Shown: piece by piece, positions 32,801 to 41,353 of the stretch | Numbering within the stretch: position 1 is the stretch's first letter | Layout: the number at the start of each line of letters is the position of its first letter | Source of the DNA: Caldisericia bacterium | GTDB lineage: Bacteria > Caldisericota > Caldisericia > JAAYUI01 | DNA length: 64,000 nt | Assembly: GCA_963674785.1 (NCBI GenBank) | Contig: OY771555.1 | Location: 448,001-512,000 of the forward strand | Reading direction: 5' to 3' | Notes under the pieces: model-generated | Databases searched by the model: none | What the model was told of the DNA's origin: nothing | The model's input: only the letters and a program-made list of their open reading frames with translations | Position numbers and translations under genes: made by a program

Positions 32801-34486
32801 TATGATTGGGATCCACCAACCATAAATGGCAATGAATACGACATTTATTTTGTAAGACATGATGGAACAGACTGGGTTAATGCAGATGGTACAAACTACG
32901 CTGCAAACCACGCCGGAGCAAATGTCAGTTATAACCCAGGAATCTCAGCAATGGTAAGACTTGCTGTTGATAATAATGATAATCCACATCTTGTGTGGCA
33001 CGATACAACAACCGCAATAACCGGTGGAGACTTCGATGTTCTCTATGTCAGATGGGATGTAAATCAGTGGGAATGTGCAAATGGAAGCCCATACACTGCC
33101 ACGGAATCAGATGCAAATGTCAGCAACAATAACGGAGGATCGAATAACCATCCAGCAATTGAGATTGACAGCAACAACCTTCCACATATCGCCTGGTTTG
33201 ATAATGAATCAACTGCAGTAAACGGTCTTGAAGATATATATTACGTACATTGGGCAGGAAATGCCTGGCTTGCAGCAGATGGGACTCCATACTCAACAGA
33301 CCACGCATCAGCAAACGTAAGCAGAAATGATGGTAGATCTTACAGACCTTCATTGGCACTCGACAGCAATGATATACCTCATCTTGCCTGGTATGACGAA
33401 ACTGCATCGATTATTTTTGGTACAGGATCAGATGTTTTATATGTAAGCTGGAATGGAACAAATTGGGTTTCAGCAAGTGGCGATAACTACAGCCCAGCAA
33501 ATTCAACCTCAAACGTCAGTGTTGATGACGGTGGCACACTGCTCACATGTCTTACACTCGACTCATACGATGAACCCCATCTTGTCTGGGAAGAGTTTTC
33601 AAATGGTTCTTATCAAGTTACATACGTTCACTGGGCACCAGTTGAAAGAACATTCAATTTCTGTGTTGAGGTTGCTGATTTTGATTGCTGGGATAATGAT
33701 GGTGAACCTATCATCCGTTCAATAACAAACAGAGCATACTTCACCCACGCATTTGGTACAGCTCCACAGTACACAAATTATGTGATAAACCCCGTAAAAT
33801 TCTGCCCAGTCCCCGACGAAGAAAAAGCAGAACTTGCAATCGAGAAAACAGCTCAGAAACTTCAATATAAACTCGGTGATGTAGCGGTATTTAATGTAAC
33901 CGTCTCAAACACTGGAAATATTGATGTTACCGATGTAGCACTTTCGGATGTCTTCCCAAGAGAACTTGTTTATCTCTCATCAAAACCTGAAGGCTCATCA
34001 AGCATAAACGGCTGGAAATACAACATCGGAACTCTAAGAGCCGGCGAAAGCAGACACTTCCAGTTCAGATTCAGAATTGACCCAGCAATCAAACTCGGTG
34101 AATCCCCACTCGTCATTGAAAACATCGCCACCGTCACTTGCAACGAGCTTGACGCATTGACAGATTCTGCAGTTATAACTGTTTACAAAAATATCGTAAC
34201 AGAGCAAATCAATCTTGTTGTTGTTTGGACTGGAATCGACATTGAGACCTCACAGGGTGAATCAGGTAGCGAGATCACACTCGACATGGTTGCATCAGGC
34301 GGATCATCACCATATGAAATCTATATCGATTGGGGCAACGAAGATGAAACCGTTATCTCAGAGGTTGTAAGAGAGGCCTCAACAACATACACATACAACT
34401 CATCTGGAGAATATAAAGTTGTTATCAAACTCGTGGATAGGTTTGGAAAAACCAAATATGTCGAAAGGGTTCTTTATATCGATTAA
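29825..34486 (+). CDS. Large secreted surface protein: two LDSxxPHIAW propeller regions, DUF11-type Ig domains, C-terminal PKD-like domain
   Basis: Signal peptide; about 14 PHIAW/YVRWDG.NW.CADG repeats; KSVD..LTYQ..D.VP.GT.Y; EKTA..VSNTG..LSDVFPREL; YEIYIDWG...GEYKV. Confidence 0.88.
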   Translation: MKNVIKLTLVLALAISALWFVPAGQPENVSAYLGWVGADGSPYFGGTLPQPFDINVSNDGGISVSGFDRDLVLDAYNDPHIAWFSNSASGSQELFVYYVHWDDTQQTWLCANGDDYAVTPGSARVGTRTADVDDDYASLSLALDSNRRPHLAISGVDNGDGDIVYVRWNGTAWVSLDGVDYLTNPDAANVTDSANFTGGGQPVMQGIDAFPSLALDAENNPNLAWQHDSDDNAVNRSWEIYFIHTVQNQTIWRSSGANGFQFWLKSHYDKCRVSNNDGDSIYPSMVLSFNDPLDTAGLGMPHIAWQDDTWNGNEEIAYLLWHGDENGGNTSPWYCVDGSAYDPSIAVNPVNVSRNTGDSNNPSLVVDSSNSPLIAWEDETNAVNGNMDIFFSRWSTTNTDWICADGTLYNPVANPNPVNVTRNVGDSVEVSLDMDSSEEPHIVWCDDSYTSTYSDFNLFYMGWDGSNWLYADTTSYDETEDPNHCNVSENDYFSWAPCLVIDSTDVPHIAWTDETGAGLPGPLPFSTPTGGEYETQDWNDDYSGWSTSEVYYVTWENSFDGVLSLEKSVDSDNDGLFDDDGELVVSNGTLTYQVDYEYVSGNDPVLDGYIYDSVPDGTYYIGGSMSPIYEYSTDNGVTWIPGEAPDGSPGGTMFRWALDTNNGWSPLTILFSVRIINPPLAWVFCNTASLDHLQIEDPMESNTVCNTLDYQFTGTFEVSKNVDVDGDGFYEDSGYPVERGEALCYELEWSFDNPNNDPLAAAYLYDVIPENTTYLAGAIPEYNLSYSVDGGTTWLSGEPTVGTASGTILRWGPLPSGWVGADDSQYIGSMVSQPMDIDVSRSLTNSYTDEDRFLALDSNNYPHIAWRERLPTDEDIYYVRWDGSNWVTANGSVYDPLTENANISRTTAESRSPSFALDSNDLPHISWRELDPQVTGGGYDIVYIKFDGTNWVCADGTVYDPTTTNSNVSDNDGSSQHPSLVLDSNDNPCIAWYDWDPPTINGNEYDIYFVRHDGTDWVNADGTNYAANHAGANVSYNPGISAMVRLAVDNNDNPHLVWHDTTTAITGGDFDVLYVRWDVNQWECANGSPYTATESDANVSNNNGGSNNHPAIEIDSNNLPHIAWFDNESTAVNGLEDIYYVHWAGNAWLAADGTPYSTDHASANVSRNDGRSYRPSLALDSNDIPHLAWYDETASIIFGTGSDVLYVSWNGTNWVSASGDNYSPANSTSNVSVDDGGTLLTCLTLDSYDEPHLVWEEFSNGSYQVTYVHWAPVERTFNFCVEVADFDCWDNDGEPIIRSITNRAYFTHAFGTAPQYTNYVINPVKFCPVPDEEKAELAIEKTAQKLQYKLGDVAVFNVTVSNTGNIDVTDVALSDVFPRELVYLSSKPEGSSSINGWKYNIGTLRAGESRHFQFRFRIDPAIKLGESPLVIENIATVTCNELDALTDSAVITVYKNIVTEQINLVVVWTGIDIETSQGESGSEITLDMVASGGSSPYEIYIDWGNEDETVISEVVREASTTYTYNSSGEYKVVIKLVDRFGKTKYVERVLYID

Positions 34487-34582
34487 TCAGATGATCCTCA
34501 ACATCGCTTAAATGCGTTTTTTACGCTTTTAGGAATAAAACACCCAGGGAATGCACACTCCCCTGGGTGTTTTTTATTGGTC
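34445..34582 (+). repeat. 138-bp direct repeat copy 1 (gene 3' end + terminator)
   Basis: Near-identical to 37238-37375 (offset 2793); contains hairpin AACACCCAGGG...CCCTGGGTGTT. Confidence 0.9.
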
Positions 34583-34690
34583 TTTAATTTTTTCTCGGCT
34601 CAATGAGCAATCAAAAATGATTAAGTTGAATGATAAACTAACAACAAATATAATTATTCCTGCTTTGAAAACTATGCCAGGAGAACTCAC

Positions 34691-37279
34691 ATGAAAAATC
34701 TCACAAGATTTATTTTGATTTCGGCACTTATAATATAAACCCTGTGGTTTGCACCAAGTGGTGCACCGGAAAGCGTTTCTGCGTATACCGGCTGGGTTGG
34801 TGCTGCCGGTTCTATCTATGATGGAAGCACGATAAATCAGCCTTTCGATATCAATGTTAGTAGTATTTATTCACAAGATTCATCAATGGTGCTTGATGGT
34901 AATGGATATCCACATATTACATGGGAGGTCGATACAATCGTCAACTCTGAAATCTACTATGTTCACTGGAATGGCACAAACTGGGAATGTGCAAATGGTG
35001 ATGATTACAGCACAAACCAAGCAAGTGCGAATGTGAGCAATAATGCTGGACCTTCATGGAGACCGTCCCTAGCACTCGATGATAATGGATATCCACATAT
35101 TGCATGGAATGATTATACACCCGGAAACGCTGAAGTTCTGTATGTTCATTGGAATGGAACAAACTGGCAGTGTGCAAATGGTGATGATTACAGTGTTAAT
35201 CCTGGAAGTGCGAATGTGAGCGGCGTCAATAGTGGTTCAGGCTATCTATCCCTTGCAGTTGACAGCAGTGGATATCCACATATTGCATGGCGTAGTAATG
35301 TTTCTGGAAGACTTGAGATCCTGTATGTTCACTGGAACGGAACAAACTGGCAGTGTGCAAATGGTGATGATTACAGTGTTAACCCCGCAAGTGCAAATGT
35401 GAGTAATAATATCGGGTATTCAGAACACCCGTCTATTATACTCGATGACAATGGATATCCGCATATTGCATGGATCCAAAACACCTCTGGAAATTACGAA
35501 ACCTACTATGTTCATTGGAATGGTTCAAACTGGGAGTGTGCAAATGGTAATAATTACAGTGTTAATCCAGCAAGTGCGAATGTGAGCGGCGTCAATAGTG
35601 GTTCAGGCTATCTATCCCTTGCAGTTGACAGCAGTGGATATCCACATATTGCATGGCGTAGTAATGTTTCTGGAAGACTTGAGATCCTGTATGTTCACTG
35701 GAACGGAACAAACTGGCAGTGTGCAAATGGTGATGATTACAGTGTTAATCCCGCAAGCGCAAATGTTAGCATCAATAGCGTGTATTCAGAAAATCCATCC
35801 CTGACACTCGATGATAATGGATATCCACATATTGTATGGGATGATACTTCACTCGGGAATTATGAAATCTTGTTTGTCCATTGGAATGGTGGGAGTTGGG
35901 AGTGCGGAAATGGTCATGATTACAGTGTTAATCCTGCAAGTGCAAATGTGAGTAATAGTAGTGGGAGCTCGTACAATCCATCTCTAGAACTTGATGGTAA
36001 TGGATATGCTCATATTGTATGGCGTGATTTCACACCAGGAAGCTCTGAAATCTATTACTTACATTGGAACAGCTTTGAGTCTACTTTTTCTCTTTTAAAA
36101 TCAGTTGATGTGAATAATGATGGGGTGTATTCTGATGACCACACAGTTATTCAGAATGGTGATGTGCTTACATATCAGATCAATCTTGATAAACAATCAG
36201 GTTTTGATCCAGTTTTTGATGGATATGTCTATGACATGATTCCATCTGGGACAGTGTATATTTCTGGTTCTGCGATGCCACTCTCACAGCTTTCCTATTC
36301 TGATGATTTTGGTACATCATGGACACCTGGAGAGCCACCAGGTACTGCCCCTGCCAGTACATTGCTCAGGTGGGATGTAATTGACATTCCTCCACTGACA
36401 AGCGGAAATCTTATAAACGCATTCTTTTCAGTAACTGTTGTGGATTCAACCATCATGGGCATCAACAATACTTCATATTTTAATCACAGAGATAGCGAAC
36501 TAACCGGATTCCTTGCATCAAACATCATTTCAAATACAACAGTGGAATGTTCTGGCTGTCCAGACTGTCCTGAATGCCCAGAGTGTCCCGATGACCCAGA
36601 CGACCCACCCACAAACTCAGCAAATCTTGAGGTAACCAAAACAGCAGGTTCAATGCACTACTACAAGAATGATCTGTTTACATTCAAAGCAAAGGTTGGA
36701 AATGTTGGTGACTTAGAGGCAACAAATGTGATGCTTACTGACAACTTCCCAAGAGAGATGGAGATTGTAGGAAGTAGACCAGAAGGTGTCATCTCAAATG
36801 GAAAATGGACATACAATGTCGGAAGACTAAACCCTGGTGAGGGCAGACTTTTTGACTTCATCTTCAGACTCAAAGGTGGTGTGAATCTTGGCAGTGAGCC
36901 ACTCTCACTTACAAATATCATCACAGCAACATCAGATGAAACCGATAAAGCAACTGACAACGCATCGATAGTCATCAGTAGTAAAACAGGAAGTAGTCCT
37001 CTTTCACTTGATGTCAAATGGGATGGAATTGATGTCAAAACCTCAACTGGAAAAGCTGGTGAACTCATAACCCTAGCACTTACCCCAGATGGTGGAAGTT
37101 CCCCGTATGAAATAGTTGTTGATTGGGGAGATGGGGAAAAGACATTTGCATCGGAAGTAACAAATTCAAAAGAAGTTTTCCACAAGTACACATCATCAGG
37201 CAAATACAAAGTCATCATCAAACTTACAGACAACTATGGAAAAACAAAGTATGTAGAGAGGGTTCTTTATATCGATTAA
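34691..37279 (+). pseudogene. Paralog of 29825-34486 with in-frame TAA (34736-34738) in the signal peptide
   Basis: RBS GGAG then MKNLTRFILISALII*TLWFAPSGAPESVSAYTGWVG, which aligns to MKNVIKLTLVLALAISALWFVPAGQPENVSAYLGWVG; in frame with ORF 34886-37279. Confidence 0.85.
35206..35748 (+). repeat. Intragenic duplication, 366-bp period
   Basis: 35206-35382 is identical to 35572-35748. Confidence 0.85.
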
Positions 37280-37375
37280 TCAGATGAACCTCAATATCGC
37301 TTAAACGCGTTTTTTACGCTTTTAGGAATATAACACCCAGGGAATGCACACTCCCCTGGGTGTTTTTTATTGGTC
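37238..37375 (+). repeat. 138-bp direct repeat copy 2 with bidirectional terminator
   Basis: See 34445-34582; overlaps the stop of the convergent gene at 37367. Confidence 0.9.
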
Positions 37376-39214
37376 AATTTTTTTCAAAGCCTCAAGGGAA
37401 AAAGGAAGCTTAGCCCCACCAACCTCAAGAAAACCATCACCCACACAAACTCCAGGCATTTTCATCACATCAAAACTCAAGTTTGCTGGGGTATTTTCAG
37501 GATACCTGTCTTTTATGTTGTAGTTTATCTCAAGGCCATCAAACCGGCAGAAAAGATTTGATTCAGTTTTCTTGGTTTCAAATTCAATCCGTCCACTCCA
37601 ATTTGCAATATCAGATTTTTTATCAACACCAGAAAAGACCTCAAGAGCAAACCCACAAAAAACGTCATCAACCTTTATTTGACGTGGGTCAAAACTCATT
37701 AGTTCAAAGTCAATGATATTGCCCGGAAAAGGAAGGTTTTTCTCAATATGAATTTTTGGTACCATCTGGTCAGAAATAAAAAAAGGCTTCACAAAAACTG
37801 AGGTCTCCCCATCAGAAACCGAAAAAGAGTTTTCGTGTGTTTTTATCTCAAGGTGTTTGGGGATGATGAAAGTCTGGGCTATCCGGTTTACGTCTTTTGA
37901 GGTATCACCTGAAAAAAGAATATGAGAAAGCTGAATGAGTCTCTTCCCATCATGATTTGTGTAAACTGGAATCCTCAGATGATTGTGACCCGAACCACCA
38001 CCCAGACTTGGAAGAAGCCAAGGTTTTTTATTAACTGAAATCACAGGTACAAATTGAGAAGAATTAGCATCTTCAGAAGGAAAATCAATCACAACATTTC
38101 TATCCTGCGATCCATAACTTCTGCCTGATGTTCCAATCGAAAAATCTCCATCGAAAAAAGTCTGCCTGACCTGCCACGGATCAAATCCCCATCTTGATTC
38201 AAATAAAAACGATTCAGGAAGATTATCAACAAATTCTGAAAGCCAGGAAGGCAACTCATGGTCATAATAAAATGGGGTAATATCACCAACATCTGAAATC
38301 AAGTCTTTTGACATGTATCCATTTGTAAGCCTCACAAGTTCTTTAATTGTTCCACCAGAACCAGAGAAAACATTGTAGCTTCGGGAGTTAGCACCAGATA
38401 AGCTTTTAGTAGATGGATTATAATGGATCAACAAATCAAGAAGGATGAGGTCTACCCAATTTTTTGCGAGGGTTTTCATATCGGAGTCAGATGAATACTT
38501 CTCAATCAGATATAGAGCTTGAAGGTCAACTGCCTGATAGGTTGGTGAATTGAACTCATAAATCCCATTTGAAAGAGAATATTTGATGAAAACATCAAAA
38601 GCGACTTTTGCAAAAAACTGTCCAACAGGATTATTGGAAATCTCAGACGAAAGAAGAAGATCACACACAAAAAGTAGATGATAGTTAGTGTGAGTGAGTG
38701 TCGACTGGTAATCACTAAACCATGTCCTGATAAGTCCTTTTGAGCATGTTTGTAGAGACTCCAAAAGAAGCTCTTTTGTTTCAGGTTCAAGTCTACATGC
38801 AAGTTCAAAATATATCTGAAAAATTGTTATCGGCACAAACATATCCCACTCAAGCCCCGACATAGAATCCAGAAGCTCGGGATAATACCACGCCCCATAA
38901 TAAGGACTTTCAGGATCTTTGACCTGAGAACTTAGATATTTTCTAAGAATCATGTTTCCAAGTTCCTGATGACCTTTATTTTCTGATGAGAGAAGACAAA
39001 GAGAAAATCTGAATTCTGATCTGCAGGTTGGGATGTTGCCAACCGACTTGAATCTCAGTTCATCAAAATCATAGATGTCTTTTTCCTGTACAGCATCAAT
39101 GATGATTAGTGCAGCCTGCTCAACAGAAAGTTCTTCCGAACCAGCACCTGAAGTAATCACAGAGCAGAAAAAGACAAAAGCAAGAAGAATTGAAATGATT
39201 CTTTTTCTTATCAC
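37367..39214 (-). CDS. Secreted protein, possible alpha/alpha-toroid polysaccharide-lyase-like enzyme
   Basis: Signal peptide; helical N-half with HTNYHL and GIYEFNSPTY motifs, beta-rich C-half. Confidence 0.6.
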   Translation of the reverse strand: MIRKRIISILLAFVFFCSVITSGAGSEELSVEQAALIIIDAVQEKDIYDFDELRFKSVGNIPTCRSEFRFSLCLLSSENKGHQELGNMILRKYLSSQVKDPESPYYGAWYYPELLDSMSGLEWDMFVPITIFQIYFELACRLEPETKELLLESLQTCSKGLIRTWFSDYQSTLTHTNYHLLFVCDLLLSSEISNNPVGQFFAKVAFDVFIKYSLSNGIYEFNSPTYQAVDLQALYLIEKYSSDSDMKTLAKNWVDLILLDLLIHYNPSTKSLSGANSRSYNVFSGSGGTIKELVRLTNGYMSKDLISDVGDITPFYYDHELPSWLSEFVDNLPESFLFESRWGFDPWQVRQTFFDGDFSIGTSGRSYGSQDRNVVIDFPSEDANSSQFVPVISVNKKPWLLPSLGGGSGHNHLRIPVYTNHDGKRLIQLSHILFSGDTSKDVNRIAQTFIIPKHLEIKTHENSFSVSDGETSVFVKPFFISDQMVPKIHIEKNLPFPGNIIDFELMSFDPRQIKVDDVFCGFALEVFSGVDKKSDIANWSGRIEFETKKTESNLFCRFDGLEINYNIKDRYPENTPANLSFDVMKMPGVCVGDGFLEVGGAKLPFSLEALKKIDQ

Positions 39215-39271
39215 ATTCTAAATTCTATCAATATCCATTTGAGAAATCCAGAGAATTAAACAACCCACCCC

Positions 39272-39299
39272 TTGACCTTAAGGAAATCTATCGCATAAT
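39272..39299 (+). promoter_or_regulatory. Promoter of tRNA-Tyr
   Basis: TTGACC-16-CATAAT, 14 nt upstream of the tRNA. Confidence 0.55.
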
Positions 39300-39313
39300 A
39301 TCCGAACTGTCGT

Positions 39314-39399
39314 GGGTAGTTAGCGAAGTGGTCAAACGCGGCAGACTGTAAATCTGTTGACATAAGTCTTCGGAGGTTCGAATCCTTCACTGCCCACCA
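39314..39399 (+). tRNA. tRNA-Tyr (GTA)
   Basis: Acceptor GGGTAGT/ACTGCCC, anticodon arm GCAGA-CTGTAAA-TCTGT, long variable arm, GGAGG-TTCGAAT-CCTTC, encoded ACCA. Confidence 0.97.
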
Positions 39400-39897
39400 T
39401 TCCCATCCTAAAAATAGTCATTAACTCCTTATACCCAGGCATTTATCAAATTGGTGCAAACTCGACATCCTTTCAATCTGCCACCATAAGTCTTAAGGTT
39501 GGAAAGATATTCACTGCCCACCATCTCAAAACATCCCATCATTCTCGACGTATCTGTGTTTCCAGGTATTTATCGAGTAGCCAAAACTCGGCTGCCTGAA
39601 CATCTGCCACCATAAGTCTTGAAGCTAAGGACTTTTCACTGCCCACCATTCCCATCCTAAAAATAGTCATTAACTCCTTATACCCAGGCATTTATCAAAT
39701 TGCTACAAACTCGACATCCTTTCAATCTGCCACCATAAGTCTTAAGGTTGGAAAGATATTCACTGCCCACCATCTCAAAATATCCCATCATTCTTGACGT
39801 GTCTGTGTTTCCAGGTATTTATCGAGTAGTCAAAACTCAGCTGCCTGAACATCTGCCACCATAAGTCTTGAAGCTAAGGACTTTTCACTGCCCACCA
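39400..39897 (+). repeat. Tandem array of four degenerate tRNA-Tyr-derived units (A-B-A-B)
   Basis: Units end in TTCACTGCCCACCA at 39523, 39648, 39772 and 39897 (124/125-bp period; 249-bp dimer nearly identical). Confidence 0.92.
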
Positions 39898-39958
39898 TCT
39901 CAAAATTCCTTAGCCATTCATTCCAAATTCTTGTGCTGGGCATATCGTGATTGACCTT

Positions 39959-40335
39959 AACCCTCCCTGATGCCTACGGCATCTTCCCTCCCTGAAAGGG
40001 AGGGTTTTTAAAACTCGTCATTCTTGGCTACTCTCCCACCTCATGCCGTGCTTGACCGTGAATCTCACCACCCTTGTCATTCCGTGCTTGACACGGAATC
40101 CAGGGTTAGTTTTGAATCACAGATTATTTTGTGATGATTCTTGATGTCGGAAAAATCATTTCACCAGACAAAACAAATACGCTTTTTTATACCCTAGACC
40201 CCGGGTCTTCACCCAGGATGACGGAAAGAGGGTGCAGTGTGAAAGGAAAGTACATGGTTTACAGTATTATCAGTGAAAGGCTCAACCCATTCCTCCCTGG
40301 TGACTTCGTCACCGTCCTTCACTGATAGGAAGGAC
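39959..40335. repeat. REP/REPIN-like palindrome cluster
   Basis: CCCTCCC..GGGAGGG element at 39959-40005; GTCATTCCGTGCTTGACACGGAATCCAGGGT at 40076-40106 with an inverted partner at 40191-40224; degenerate double hairpin at about 40290-40335. Confidence 0.75.
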
Positions 40336-40470
40336 ATTTTAACCCTTCATTCCAAACTCTTGTATTGAGCACAAAAAAACTATTTATATGCAACAGAACT
40401 TTTGGAATTATATTCTCATATCCAATTTTGAGATGTTCGATCAAGCGATGGGCTATCTCAGTTTATTGCC

Positions 40471-40501
40471 AAAAAAATCCCGTACTCCAAAGCGTACGGG
40501 A
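40471..40501 (-). terminator. Intrinsic terminator
   Basis: TCCCGTAC/GTACGGGA stem next to an A7 run (U-tail on the minus strand). Confidence 0.7.
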
Positions 40502-40536
40502 CAGATTTTTTTTTACCAATTCATGTTGAAAAGTTG

Positions 40537-41049
40537 TTAAGCTTTCCACTCGTATTCAAAAACAGTTCTGCCATGTATTGCCATATTTTCAACCAAGTCG
40601 GCTCTTGTTAGAAGTTTGTTATAGAATCTAATAAATCCTTCACCGACTCCTATATGAAAACCTTCATCAAGAGGACTTCTTGTTACTACTCTAATAAAAC
40701 CATTTTGAAGGGTTTCAATTTTATACTCATCAACATCAGCACCCTTATTATTTTCCTTGTACATCTCTGTGATGATTGTAAACGCCTTGACGACATATTC
40801 TGCTTTTGTAAGTGCTCCGGTCATCCCATCGAGCGTTTTTGCAATCTGTTTTCCAACCAGTCTCGGACCAATCTGCCCAACTTTTTGTCTTAATGCTGCC
40901 ATGTAATTGTTAAACTCTTTATGTGGTACCCAACTGTTTTCAAGCATTGTGAAATCGATACTAGCATTACTCCTACAAAAATCTCTATTTGTTGGTGCAA
41001 CAAGCGAATCCGCCATCATCAAAAGCTCACCCTTTATATATGCGTCCAT
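40537..41049 (-). CDS. V4R/H-NOX-like small ligand-binding protein, paralog 1
   Basis: RBS AGGAGG; MDAYIKGE..WVPHKEFN..GPRLVGKQI..Y.ENNKG..SPLDEGFHIGVGEGFIRFY..FEYEW. Confidence 0.7.
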   Translation of the reverse strand: MDAYIKGELLMMADSLVAPTNRDFCRSNASIDFTMLENSWVPHKEFNNYMAALRQKVGQIGPRLVGKQIAKTLDGMTGALTKAEYVVKAFTIITEMYKENNKGADVDEYKIETLQNGFIRVVTRSPLDEGFHIGVGEGFIRFYNKLLTRADLVENMAIHGRTVFEYEWKA

Positions 41050-41247
41050 TCTGACCTCCTTATACCTTAAATTTAACAAATAATTCATTTGAATGCAAAT
41101 CTGGATTCTGATTAAAACTAAATGTAAATTTTTATATAAAATTAGATTTCTTTCTCCAGTTTCAGATCATATTAAGAATACTTATTAAAAAATTATCTAA
41201 CACCGAATTGATTAATTATCTCTTTGATTGACTCTTTAATTATCTAT

Positions 41248-41275
41248 AAAAAAAGGGGTATCTCAAGGATACCCC
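41248..41275 (-). terminator. Intrinsic terminator
   Basis: GGGGTATC/GATACCCC stem preceded by an A-run. Confidence 0.7.
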
Positions 41276-41353
41276 CAGAGCGTATGAACGAACAAAAAAA
41301 ACAAGCAACCGCAGTGTTTTCTAGTTAATGCTCAATTCTTTTTTGTGGTAAAA

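Noticed and set aside
29825-37279. Diversity-generating retroelement acting on the repeat proteins
   Set aside because: No reverse transcriptase; differences between repeats are not adenine-specific; no non-coding template repeat seen
39400-39897. CRISPR array
   Set aside because: The 'spacers' are themselves repeated (A-B-A-B), the units align to tRNA-Tyr, the period is about 125 bp and no cas genes are present
39437-39897. Ochre-suppressor tRNAs explaining the in-frame TAA codons
   Set aside because: The anticodon-equivalent positions read TTC (A) and GAA (B), not TTA; the anticodon stems and T loops are broken; TAA is used as a normal stop in the window
39300-41000. Prophage or genomic island integrated at tRNA-Tyr
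   Set aside because: No integrase or phage genes, and I saw no distal copy of the tRNA 3' end in the window
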